The position numbers and the translations under genes are program-made. A stretch of 64,000 nucleotides of DNA, taken from the IMG/VR virus record IMGVR_UViG_3300020183_000049. One strand, given 5' to 3'. The notes beneath the pieces are model-generated. The model did no database searches and was not told where the DNA came from. It saw nothing but the letters and a program-made list of their open reading frames with translations. Positions 1 through 9,368 of the stretch are shown one piece after another. The first letter of the stretch is position 1. Each line of letters opens with the position of its first letter. Source of the stretch: an uncultured virus (IMG/VR IMGVR_UViG_3300020183_000049) (lineage: Duplodnaviria; Heunggongvirae; Uroviricota; Caudoviricetes).

Positions 1-695
1 CTTTTAAAAATTTTTGTAAGTATATTTGGAACAGGAACATCGTTTTCGGTTAGTATAATACCTGAATGTGTGAAGGGTATGTAAGGTGTAAAGATAACCG
101 ATGAATTTGTAGTTGGACTCCAATTAACCCCATTTCTACCAGTTGTTGTTACTATTAGTGAATTATTGTTATTTGAAACTCCTTGAAGTGATGCTCCCGA
201 AGAACAACCGGGATGTGAACTAATATTTATTTGAATTAAATTTGTGGTTTCATTTAATACGATTTGAAAATCCGTAAAAAGTGTGGTATTGGAATTACAA
301 CTATAATACCCTATATGATAACTTACAACAAATTTTCGGTTTGGTGATGAACCAATAGTTTGGTATCTTACAAAATAACCAGTTATTGGAAACAAATCCA
401 TAGCATTTGCATGAATACCATTACTTACTACATTATTTGGTGAACCTCCTACAATATTACCACCCGTATTGGTAAATGATATCCACCCATTTGAGCAAAT
501 ATTGACTGTTGTGAAATCAGTTCCCCAATAATTAAAAGTAAAACCAATAGGTAAATTGGTTATAGTTTGGTCATCCCCCAATGTTAGATCAGTTCCTGTG
601 GTTGACTCATAAGAATAGGTTGCTGAGGATTGGGTGTAAGTCATCTGCCCAAATACCGAAAGTGGTAATAACAATAACAATATTATTCTATACAT
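1..695 (-). CDS. secreted protein with NIDO-like/extracellular domain (3' end outside window)
   Basis: Read manually: ATG at 695 overlaps the upstream TGA; signal peptide MYRIILLLLLPLSVFGQ, then LPIGFTFNYWGTDFTTVNICSNGWISF; appears open to the window edge. Confidence 0.7.
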   Translation of the reverse strand, partial: MYRIILLLLLPLSVFGQMTYTQSSATYSYESTTGTDLTLGDDQTITNLPIGFTFNYWGTDFTTVNICSNGWISFTNTGGNIVGGSPNNVVSNGIHANAMDLFPITGYFVRYQTIGSSPNRKFVVSYHIGYYSCNSNTTLFTDFQIVLNETTNLIQINISSHPGCSSGASLQGVSNNNNSLIVTTTGRNGVNWSPTTNSSVIFTPYIPFTHSGIILTENDVPVPNILTKIFK

Positions 696-1918
696 CATAA
701 CATTATTTTTGTTCCAGTAAGAACTTGCCAATTCTGGAAAGTTTGATTAACCTGATAAACACCAGAAAAACTAATTGTCCATTTGAATTTATCTGTAACC
801 TTGAAATCTGTATTAACCATCGGTATAATCAAAAATCCACTTTTATACCACTGACCCGCATAAAAGAAAATATAGGGGGAATATACACCCAAACCCAAAA
901 AATTCAACCCTATAGTTTTTCCACCTTTAAAATTTGTAAAACCCCCACCAACCAATGACCAATTACGAAAATCATTTTTGTCGATTTGTCCCAAGGTGTA
1001 TGTTGTCCCACCCATAAGGGTTATCTTATTTATTTTTTGAGCATTAAGTAATGAGGCTGTTAAAAACCAATCTTTGTCAAAATTTGTCATAAACGATGTG
1101 GAGAATATTCCCATATATCCTTTATGTTTCAAAGAACCATAACCTGATAGGTTTAATATTTTTTGTCCTGTCTGATAGTTTATATTTATACCTTTGATAA
1201 AAGTTTGTGTTGTGTTTACGTGTGTCAATGATGTATTAAATCTAAAATTATCATTCCCACTCTTTGTAATATTTGAATCATTTCTAATGATCACAATATC
1301 CCCTGTTGCTATTAGAGATCCATTTAATGTTTTACTAGATGATTTACTTTTCCCTCCTCCTCCACCACCACCATCACTACTACTCTCACTCTCTCCACCA
1401 CTTGCCGTTTGTTGGTTTTGTTCTCCCTGTGTTGTTATCTCCCCACCACCTTCAGTTGATGAACCATTGTTATTATCATTATTATTGCTTCCACCACCAT
1501 TTCTAGGCGCGGGTGGGGGTGTAGGTATATTACCAACAGAACTCCCAATAGAACTCGCCATAGAGACCACAGACGAGATATTAGCAACCGCATTTGCCGT
1601 AACACTCCCAATAAAATTTGATACGTTATTTGAAGCCTCAACACCTTCTGTGGCACAAGGATTTGCTCCGGGTGGTAATGAATTTCGAATATCTTGAACC
1701 CACTGTGTATATGCTCCTGCGTCTAACTCAGCATACGTAAAAGATCTGAATTGACCAGCATAAAACATGGTCACAGAAGAACTTTGAGTTTCTAGCTGAA
1801 CTGATTCTGTTTTTCCGTTACAAGGGTTAATATAAAAATAGGTGAAACTTTGAGCGTGGGTTCCCAAAATTCCACCTAGGAAAAAGATGATCAGTAATAA
1901 AATTTTTTTACCAACCAT
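695..1918 (-). CDS. secreted protein with Gly/Ser/Asn linker and probable C-terminal outer-membrane beta-barrel
   Basis: Signal peptide, low-complexity linker, C-terminal alternating hydrophobic beta-strands. Confidence 0.55.
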   Translation of the reverse strand: MVGKKILLLIIFFLGGILGTHAQSFTYFYINPCNGKTESVQLETQSSSVTMFYAGQFRSFTYAELDAGAYTQWVQDIRNSLPPGANPCATEGVEASNNVSNFIGSVTANAVANISSVVSMASSIGSSVGNIPTPPPAPRNGGGSNNNDNNNGSSTEGGGEITTQGEQNQQTASGGESESSSDGGGGGGGKSKSSSKTLNGSLIATGDIVIIRNDSNITKSGNDNFRFNTSLTHVNTTQTFIKGININYQTGQKILNLSGYGSLKHKGYMGIFSTSFMTNFDKDWFLTASLLNAQKINKITLMGGTTYTLGQIDKNDFRNWSLVGGGFTNFKGGKTIGLNFLGLGVYSPYIFFYAGQWYKSGFLIIPMVNTDFKVTDKFKWTISFSGVYQVNQTFQNWQVLTGTKIML

Positions 1919-2600
1919 TTTGCTCTAGACGCTTAACAAGGTTCATTGTAGCGACCTCTAAAGCTTTCTGTGTAGCAATACCAACGGTTGATTGGTCAAA
2001 ACCCATTGTTGGATTTTTAAAGTACCCCTCACCAAATTGAGTTGATTGACCTTGACCTGATGCAACTATGTATTGTGAATTGTCCACTTTCACCAACCTA
2101 ACTTGAATACCAATTATCGTAGTGTTGGTTTTTTTCAACTTACCTTTATCATAACTTTCAGCATAAGAAACAGAAAAATCGTAAATTTCGGCATAGGCAA
2201 TAAACTTTGGTAATCTAATACCATCAGTTTTAAGTTTTGTTTTACCATCATCCAAACCCTCAATTTTCTTTTCCCAAGCGTCTAACATTTGATTGACAAT
2301 TGCATCTTTTTCTTCAGCAAATTCAAATCTGTTAGTATAGAGTAAATTTTCAACAATCCTGTTGGAGACACCAAGACCTAATCTTTTTTCTCTTAATTCA
2401 GGAAAACTTTCCCAAAGTTCTTTGTTAACATTCAATTTAGAAAGTTGTACAGTCTGTTTTTTACCTGTGTAAGTAGAAATACTTTCAAGAGTCCGATCTG
2501 TTTTTTCGAAATCGGCCTGATACTGTTGAGTAGAAATTGTTGATTTACAACTCAACAACAGAAATAAATTTAGGGTCGAAATGATAATAATTTTTTTCAT
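1908..2600 (-). CDS. CsgG/HfaB-like lipoprotein
   Basis: Lipobox LLSC; TNRFEFAEE and IGIQVRLVKVDNSQYIVASGQG segments typical of the CsgG fold. Confidence 0.7.
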   Translation of the reverse strand: MKKIIIISTLNLFLLLSCKSTISTQQYQADFEKTDRTLESISTYTGKKQTVQLSKLNVNKELWESFPELREKRLGLGVSNRIVENLLYTNRFEFAEEKDAIVNQMLDAWEKKIEGLDDGKTKLKTDGIRLPKFIAYAEIYDFSVSYAESYDKGKLKKTNTTIIGIQVRLVKVDNSQYIVASGQGQSTQFGEGYFKNPTMGFDQSTVGIATQKALEVATMNLVKRLEQNGW

Positions 2601-2995
2601 TCTTCTTCTTCGTTTTCTAATTGTTTAGCTCTTAATCTTTTCATTCTTTCAGCAGGTGTTTCTTTCTTCTCTTCAGCAGGTGTTGCGGTTGCTGGAGCTG
2701 GAGTTGATTGGGCTGGTGCTACTTCTCTGATAGTTTCTTTTTCTCTGATTACTGTAGTTCCACCACTTCCTGCAGAAGTATTACTTTGGTTGTTGTTTTC
2801 CAAATTAAGATTAATTACTGGCGCTGCTGCTGGTGCCACTTGTTCTGTTTTGGTTTCTTCGCTATCGTTTCCACCACCACCAAATAAAGTTGTGGAAATC
2901 CAAACACCACCACCTGTTACGACTGTGGCAAGTGTACCTACGATGGTTTTCTTTAAACCACCCCAAGAACCATCATTTTCTGTTTCTTCTGACAT
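2597..2995 (-). CDS. membrane-anchored low-complexity protein
   Basis: N-terminal hydrophobic helix, Ala/Pro/Thr-rich tail; 4 bp overlap with the CsgG-like gene. Confidence 0.6.
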   Translation of the reverse strand: MSEETENDGSWGGLKKTIVGTLATVVTGGGVWISTTLFGGGGNDSEETKTEQVAPAAAPVINLNLENNNQSNTSAGSGGTTVIREKETIREVAPAQSTPAPATATPAEEKKETPAERMKRLRAKQLENEEEE

Positions 2996-2999
2996 AATT

Positions 3000-4901
3000 T
3001 TACTTTTTAATTATTTTATGAATTTTTTGTTTTTCATTGGTTGTTAATCTTACAAAATAGAGACCTGGTTTCAAATTGTCCACATTGACTTGTCTTGTGA
3101 CAATTTCATTTTGTGTAACAAATTCCTTGTTTGTAAAATATAACTTACCTGTGTAATCATAGATTTCGTAATATAAATATCCCCAATTTGTTTGATAGTA
3201 ATCAATATTCAAATTATCTTCAACTGGATTTGGATAAACTCTAAAACCGTTAACCAATTCATTTACAAGATCTCTAGCTCTTCTTCCATTTATAACCGTA
3301 GCATCAACAGGTGAAGGAATAATATTTAAATCCTCAGCTTTTTCGTTACCAGCAGCTTTATTGGTAATTCTGATCGGAGACTGTTCCCAATTGGAATTCA
3401 AAATATCAAACTTAAAGTTGAACATTTGTGTTGGATTAGTAATAACTGAGGGTGACATTTTGGATTCATGTCCACCCCATAAAATTTCACCAGATTTTGC
3501 CGAAATAAATGAGTTCCAAGAACTTGCTTCTGGGCCTACGTTAATTTGTGAAAATCTGAAGATATTTGGATCAAATTTTAAACCTATTTGAGCCGCACCG
3601 ACTTTATTTCCGTGTGTTATAAAAGTTACGCCAACATTTACTGAATTATCATCTGAAATAGTTAATTTAGGAATTCTAAATTGTACGGAGTCTTGAATAT
3701 TTTGGTAGATCGTTCCTTCGTCTAATACGTATGAAGTGCCAATAGTTGGATTATTCACTCTTTGAATTTGAAATGATAAATTATTTAATCCTGTGTTTGT
3801 CACATCACCTAAAACATAACCATAATATGTGACACCATTTGATCCATTTAAATTCTGATCTATCATTCTTGTTCCAATAATAGATGTTTGAAATATGTTT
3901 GGGTTAGCAATTATTGTAGCATATTCAGATGCTGTATAATATCTTACATTATATTCGTTCGCAACAACAGGAGACCAAGTTGAACGTCCTGTCGCTAAAC
4001 GATTGAATATAAGGTAGGCATCGGACACTGATAAAGTACCACTTCTATTTACATCACCTTGTTGAAATTCATATGATTGTGCGGTATCTGCATAAATACT
4101 CATGTCAGATAAACGATAAGCATCTGTAATATTGATTGATGAATTATCTGACAAAGTATCCAAGTCGGATACCAATTTTACATTATAAAATGAAGTATCG
4201 TACGGAATTTTAATGGATGCAACACCGTTTGAATTTGTGGTAAAACGATCGCCTCTCACATAAGACTGAGATGATTTGAGTTTATAGTCAAATGCAAAAG
4301 GCATCTCTGGAGCTGGTGTTCCATCTACATTCAAAACAGTAACAGGAACACTAATAGTGTCCATTTTGAAACGACCACCGTAATTGAATGTACCTAAAGT
4401 ATTATCAAGCCCACTTGTTGTTGTGGCTATATTATTATAGGTTGGAACACCTTGTACTTTCATTGAGTCTACAGATGATGGATTGAATGTTGCTGAATGT
4501 GGTAACAGCACTTCGAAGACAGCACCATCTGGAAAATCAAAAATTGCTTGATTACCAGTATAAATAGCTGTCGCGTTGACCCAACCGGGTTGACTATAAT
4601 AAGAGCCATATTTTGTTGACAACGAACTTACACTCGGGCCCCATTTCACAATAGGTTGTTTAAATGAAGCTTGAGGATAAAAAAATCTGACTTGAAAACC
4701 AGCGTAATTAGTTGCCGTAGGGTTATGATAGTGTAGGTATACAACAGTAGTATCATTCAAAATACTACCTAACGTAAAAACAGTATCTATCAAAAAATAC
4801 GGAAATGACGAGTTGGGAGAAACTAAAACTTCGTTTCTCCCATTCTGTCCATATACATTCAATGAAATTATCGTAAATAATCCTAGAAGTAATTTTTTCA
4901 T
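3000..4901 (-). CDS. T9SS type-A sorting domain protein with cohesin-like and dockerin-like modules
   Basis: Signal peptide from ATG 4901; GDVNRSGTLSVSDAYLI dockerin-like repeat; AAQIGLKFDP cohesin-like segment; C-terminal VYPNP...LKPGLYFVRL...KIIKK. Confidence 0.8.
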   Translation of the reverse strand: MKKLLLGLFTIISLNVYGQNGRNEVLVSPNSSFPYFLIDTVFTLGSILNDTTVVYLHYHNPTATNYAGFQVRFFYPQASFKQPIVKWGPSVSSLSTKYGSYYSQPGWVNATAIYTGNQAIFDFPDGAVFEVLLPHSATFNPSSVDSMKVQGVPTYNNIATTTSGLDNTLGTFNYGGRFKMDTISVPVTVLNVDGTPAPEMPFAFDYKLKSSQSYVRGDRFTTNSNGVASIKIPYDTSFYNVKLVSDLDTLSDNSSINITDAYRLSDMSIYADTAQSYEFQQGDVNRSGTLSVSDAYLIFNRLATGRSTWSPVVANEYNVRYYTASEYATIIANPNIFQTSIIGTRMIDQNLNGSNGVTYYGYVLGDVTNTGLNNLSFQIQRVNNPTIGTSYVLDEGTIYQNIQDSVQFRIPKLTISDDNSVNVGVTFITHGNKVGAAQIGLKFDPNIFRFSQINVGPEASSWNSFISAKSGEILWGGHESKMSPSVITNPTQMFNFKFDILNSNWEQSPIRITNKAAGNEKAEDLNIIPSPVDATVINGRRARDLVNELVNGFRVYPNPVEDNLNIDYYQTNWGYLYYEIYDYTGKLYFTNKEFVTQNEIVTRQVNVDNLKPGLYFVRLTTNEKQKIHKIIKK

Positions 4902-4908
4902 ACAAATA

Positions 4909-5253
4909 TTATTGGTCTTGTGATGATAGTGAAACACCATCTTCTTCGTCCATCTTTTGAACTAACATTTTATCTCTGTCTTCATTTGAGAACCAAAAAT
5001 CGATAACTTTATTTAAGTTACCAACAAATGCTCCTAAAAGAATAAGAAGTAATTCTTTCCAAGCCTCTTCGATTGTTGCTTTGAACATTACAGCCATAAC
5101 AATACCAAAAACGATGAAAAAAAATGTAAAGAGTATCAATAATGTAATTTTCCATCTGTTTGATTGCATCTGTTGCAACATAAAATTGAACCTTTGATCT
5201 GGTTCTACACTTTGGAATTCAGTGTTGTAAAGAAGTGATTTAAATAGTCCCAT
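4909..5253 (-). CDS. two-TM membrane protein (holin-like)
   Basis: Two hydrophobic helices; start adjusted to ATG 5253. Confidence 0.55.
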   Translation of the reverse strand: MGLFKSLLYNTEFQSVEPDQRFNFMLQQMQSNRWKITLLILFTFFFIVFGIVMAVMFKATIEEAWKELLLILLGAFVGNLNKVIDFWFSNEDRDKMLVQKMDEEDGVSLSSQDQ

Positions 5254-5254
5254 A

Positions 5255-5488
5255 TTATTCTGAGTTTTTCTTTGTGAAAATTTTATCAGCTGAGGCAAGT
5301 CCTAACGCTCCGAAGGCCAATGCGGCAACGGATTGAATTAATGCGGGTGCTGGAGCCACATCAACTGTCGAAAAGGAATTATGGTACATTGTGACACAAA
5401 GGGATATTGCACACATTATTCCAACAAATCTTTTACTGGAAAATGCGCCCTTTTCGTCTTGGAAAATTTGAGATAAGAATTTTTTCAT
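5255..5488 (-). CDS. small two-TM holin-like protein
   Basis: FSSKRFVG motif, two TM helices, basic C-terminus; ATATTTAT motif upstream (5507-5514). Confidence 0.55.
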   Translation of the reverse strand: MKKFLSQIFQDEKGAFSSKRFVGIMCAISLCVTMYHNSFSTVDVAPAPALIQSVAALAFGALGLASADKIFTKKNSE

Positions 5489-5544
5489 AATCTTGGTCGG
5501 TTTACAATAAATATATCGAACCGAACAAAATTATAGATTTTACA

Positions 5545-5730
5545 TTAAAATAATTTTTGGACCTCAACCATAATTTTCTTTTGTTGTTCAGTAAAAAATT
5601 TGATTTGCTGTTCTTCTTGAGGTGTTTGTTCAAAATTGTTGGCTTTAATTTGTCTTATTTTTTCTGTGAGAAAATCATGTTGACCCAGTAACCAATTATA
5701 TCTTTCTGCTTTACGTTGATTTATATCCAT
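5545..5730 (-). CDS. hypothetical coiled-coil protein
   Basis: 61 aa ORF collinear with neighbours. Confidence 0.5.
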   Translation of the reverse strand: MDINQRKAERYNWLLGQHDFLTEKIRQIKANNFEQTPQEEQQIKFFTEQQKKIMVEVQKLF

Positions 5731-5758
5731 TATTATTGTTTTTTACTCGTTATGATGA

Positions 5759-6727
5759 CTAATTTGTTGGTTGGTGAAAAAAATTGAATTTGATATAACC
5801 ATCCTCAGGAATTTGTCTTACATCCAAATATCGTGTAATTTTTTGTGAAGGTAAATAATCCATAATATTTTTTATAAAATTATCCGCAACTTTTTCTTCC
5901 AAGTAATCTTTCGTAATAGGATCTAGGCTGTAATCAACCAGTTTGGTTTTTACTAATTTTCCCTCTCTATAAATTCCAATAATTGCAACATCAATATTAG
6001 TTACATCCTCCTCTTGTCGAATATCCAGTAATTTGAATTTTATTTTATTTTCAAGCGGTCTTCGACTATTTTGATCATAACTCCAGATCCGAAGATTTTT
6101 TTTCCTTGTTGGTAATAAATCACGCGATTTATCTGCAAATTCTTTCTGTCTATCCTTTAAAATTTGTTCGTTTGTTCTAGGTGTAAAACTGTCTAATATT
6201 TCATCTAAAATTCTACCGTCAACAGACAATAAAGTAGAATTTTTATCTTTTCTCGGATAACTATCCCAACTATGTTTGGTTTTTAGATTTATATTGTAAA
6301 ACCAAATTCCATCTCTGTAAAGATACAATTTACCATTAAACGATTTTACTAGATAGACGACTTCACCAGATCGAGTAAGTCTCAAGGTTCCAGACAAATT
6401 ACTTCCTTCAAACGGAAGTTTTCTTACTATAAAACTATCAATTTCCGAGTTTTTAATTTTTTTTGGTTTACCACGAGCATTACTTAGAAATTTTTCTCGC
6501 AATTCACTCAAAGTAAGATTATGATAATTACCGCTTGGATCATACAACATAAAATACAAATACCTCATCGCTAAAGCTGGATTATCATAGTGTGATGGTG
6601 ATATACCAAACATTCGTAGTAATTGTTCTAAATACGGAATACCTTGAGCAATACTTGTTTTATAGTAGTTTTTTTTGTTCAAATATTTGAACAACTTAAT
6701 TTCAGTATCAGATAAAATTGTTGCCAC
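5759..6727 (-). CDS. hypothetical protein, paralog of 6734-7675
   Basis: Shared motifs KYLNKK, PFxGxNLSG, RDGxWF, YLPxQKIxxYL. Confidence 0.75.
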   Translation of the reverse strand: MATILSDTEIKLFKYLNKKNYYKTSIAQGIPYLEQLLRMFGISPSHYDNPALAMRYLYFMLYDPSGNYHNLTLSELREKFLSNARGKPKKIKNSEIDSFIVRKLPFEGSNLSGTLRLTRSGEVVYLVKSFNGKLYLYRDGIWFYNINLKTKHSWDSYPRKDKNSTLLSVDGRILDEILDSFTPRTNEQILKDRQKEFADKSRDLLPTRKKNLRIWSYDQNSRRPLENKIKFKLLDIRQEEDVTNIDVAIIGIYREGKLVKTKLVDYSLDPITKDYLEEKVADNFIKNIMDYLPSQKITRYLDVRQIPEDGYIKFNFFHQPTN

Positions 6728-6733
6728 TTTGAT

Positions 6734-7675
6734 TTAATCTTTTGTAATATCTTGAGGTTTCGATTTGATCGGTTGATGTTCAAACGTTAATTTCAAATAA
6801 CCATCTTCTGGAACTTGTCTACGATTTAAATATTTATCTATTTTTTGTGGCGGTAAGTACTCTTCCATATTTGCAACAATTTTATTACTTATTTTGTCTT
6901 CTAGTTCTTTTTTGGTAAGTAAACCAGTTTCTTCATAATCAACTTGATTGTTTCCATCATAAACACCCAGTACATCAACAATTATTTCTATAGTATCGTT
7001 GTCAGATAAATTTACATTTTTTATTTTGAATTTAATTTTGTGATTTGAACGCCAAGACGCTCCTATATTTGTTAATCTTCTTGGTACAAGATATTGAACT
7101 TTTCTCTTAAATCTGTCCATCCTCATTTTCATAATTTCATCATTTGAAAATTCACTACGATAAACATACCACATAAAATCTGGTTCGATAACTATAATTT
7201 TTGCATCGTCATTTCTTGGTAGTGAAGCGCGTATGTGTTTCGCGGTTGTGTTACTATAATGATCTGAATTTAAAAACCACACTCCGTCTCTAAAAATGTA
7301 AATTGGATATCGTTCGTATGATAATACAACATAAATTAAATAAACATCACTCTGTACCCATTCACCTGATAGATTATTTCCCTTAAATGGTCTTTTTTTT
7401 GCAACATATTCAGAGGCTTGGTAATTACTAATTTTTCTTGTTTTATAGTTACGTACATCTACAAAATCTTCCCAAGTTACATTTTCATATTTACCGTCAG
7501 GTCTATAATTGTCTTTGAATAAATAATATAATGATGTTGGTGATCCTGATTGTTTTAGTATCTTCATAAAATTAGCCACAAACGCAACACCCTCTCTAGT
7601 GCTTTTATTTATGATATCTTTTTTATTTAGATATTTTAAAAAATTTACTTCTTGATCTGTAAATGGTTTTTGCAT
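6734..7675 (-). CDS. hypothetical protein, paralog of 5759-6727
   Basis: Same shared motifs; start adjusted to ATG 7675. Confidence 0.75.
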   Translation of the reverse strand: MQKPFTDQEVNFLKYLNKKDIINKSTREGVAFVANFMKILKQSGSPTSLYYLFKDNYRPDGKYENVTWEDFVDVRNYKTRKISNYQASEYVAKKRPFKGNNLSGEWVQSDVYLIYVVLSYERYPIYIFRDGVWFLNSDHYSNTTAKHIRASLPRNDDAKIIVIEPDFMWYVYRSEFSNDEIMKMRMDRFKRKVQYLVPRRLTNIGASWRSNHKIKFKIKNVNLSDNDTIEIIVDVLGVYDGNNQVDYEETGLLTKKELEDKISNKIVANMEEYLPPQKIDKYLNRRQVPEDGYLKLTFEHQPIKSKPQDITKD

Positions 7676-7694
7676 ATTATTAAATATCTTAACA

Positions 7695-8096
7695 ATGATA
7701 AATTCACCTAAGAACATTCATTTGAAACATTCACAGGGTAGAGGATTGGGTGTATTTGCACTTGATCGTATATTTGTTGGTGATGTAATTGAGGATTGTC
7801 CACTTCTATCATTACCAATTGAAAAGGGTGAAGTTTCTAGTTTGTTAATAGATTACAGATTTAATTATCCTGTTGGTTCAACCTGGGATGAACAAGTTAT
7901 TGCGTTGGGTTATGGAAGTTTTTACAATCACTCAAATGATCCAAACGCAATTTGGACAAATCATCCAAATCTGAAAAAAGTTTTCAGATTTGTAGCTATC
8001 AAAGATATTCAAGAAAATGAAGAAATATTTGTTTACTATGGTGATGATAATTACTGGTCTGATGGAAGGACAGACACACTATCCAAATTAATTTGA
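7695..8096 (+). CDS. SET-domain protein-lysine methyltransferase
   Basis: GRGLGVFA, FYNHSNDPNA and DIQENEEIFVYYG SET motifs. Confidence 0.9.
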   Translation: MINSPKNIHLKHSQGRGLGVFALDRIFVGDVIEDCPLLSLPIEKGEVSSLLIDYRFNYPVGSTWDEQVIALGYGSFYNHSNDPNAIWTNHPNLKKVFRFVAIKDIQENEEIFVYYGDDNYWSDGRTDTLSKLI

Positions 8097-8099
8097 CAA

Positions 8100-8309
8100 T
8101 CAATTTCCTTTGATCAAAATTTCATCATAATCTTCAACGAGTTTACTCTTAAGTTTTTTCTTAATATATTCCAATTCTTCGTCCGATAAACCGTTGTATA
8201 ACTTATTCAGATTAATGAGAAGATTGTCTGAAACAATCTCGTCTTTTTTTCTCATATCAAAAATTATAGATTCAAGATTGAGAATTTTTCCAATTTTTTC
8301 GTTGTTCAT
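8100..8309 (-). CDS. hypothetical protein
   Basis: 69 aa ORF overlapping the upstream stop codon. Confidence 0.5.
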   Translation of the reverse strand: MNNEKIGKILNLESIIFDMRKKDEIVSDNLLINLNKLYNGLSDEELEYIKKKLKSKLVEDYDEILIKGN

Positions 8310-9343
8310 CTTCTTTTTGATTTTTTTGTTGTAATTGGTTGGGTAAATGTTTTACCTTGTATTAATGGTGATTGTGGTACAATTCCAGCACCAGTACCTT
8401 TTTCAGTTTGTGAAAATTTTCGTTTCCCGATATAATTTGTGAATATTAATTTTCGTGTTAATGGTATTAATCTATATGTCTGTACATCTGACAATCCTAA
8501 AATTTTTCTATTAATCCCTGTAATTTTTGGGTCAAATAAAATCGCATTTAACTCATTTGAAATTTTTTCGTAATCTCTCTCCATTTTAAATTTTTCTCCA
8601 GTTATCAACTCTTTAAAAGGTTTTTGACTTACAATATAAAATAGATTACTGTTTGGGTCATCGTTTTTATATTCTGAATTTTCGTTCCAATATTTTAATG
8701 CGTTTGGGCCGAGTTTAGTAACGCCAATTCTTTCTTTACCATAAGAAAGTAATTTTTCAACAAAATCTTTATAGGGTTTACTGATCATCGTCTGAGTATC
8801 AATATCTTTTCCTGTAATTTTTTTAAATTCCTGAGCAAAAACATCTTTATTTTTAAAATCTATTGACTGCATTTTTGATCTAAATGCTGAACTATCTTTG
8901 TCAAAAAGTTCTTGTCTCATAACATTAGCATCAATTCTTTTGATTGGTTCTGGTGTAAGTAATTCAGGTTGTCCAAAAAATTGTTTGAAATAATTGGTAA
9001 AAAATCTCTTTGGGACGCCATCAACATTATCACTTGATTCGGTTATCATTCTATCAACAATCCATTGATACAAATAACTGTCTTCTGGTTTGGTTGGTTG
9101 GCCATTTTCATCGGTTTGAATTTCTTTGTACTTATTATTTTTGTATCTATTTTTTGCTTGTGCAATCAAATTAGGTACTATTTGGTCAGTAGTTTTTTTA
9201 CTTGCAACACAATAATAGGTATACGTGTTACCGTCAATGATAAATGGTACTTTGAATACAGATACCAAATCTTCGGCAGTCTGCGCCTCGGTCAAATGAT
9301 TGACAATATGTGTTAAATTTTTTTTTGATAATAATAATTTCAT
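8306..9343 (-). CDS. hypothetical protein with (L/I)xE leader
   Basis: 345 aa; MKLLLSKKNLTHIVNHLTE; ATATTTAT motif upstream. Confidence 0.7.
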   Translation of the reverse strand: MKLLLSKKNLTHIVNHLTEAQTAEDLVSVFKVPFIIDGNTYTYYCVASKKTTDQIVPNLIAQAKNRYKNNKYKEIQTDENGQPTKPEDSYLYQWIVDRMITESSDNVDGVPKRFFTNYFKQFFGQPELLTPEPIKRIDANVMRQELFDKDSSAFRSKMQSIDFKNKDVFAQEFKKITGKDIDTQTMISKPYKDFVEKLLSYGKERIGVTKLGPNALKYWNENSEYKNDDPNSNLFYIVSQKPFKELITGEKFKMERDYEKISNELNAILFDPKITGINRKILGLSDVQTYRLIPLTRKLIFTNYIGKRKFSQTEKGTGAGIVPQSPLIQGKTFTQPITTKKSKRR

Positions 9344-9368
9344 GCTCTATAAATATTTGTATTTTAAG

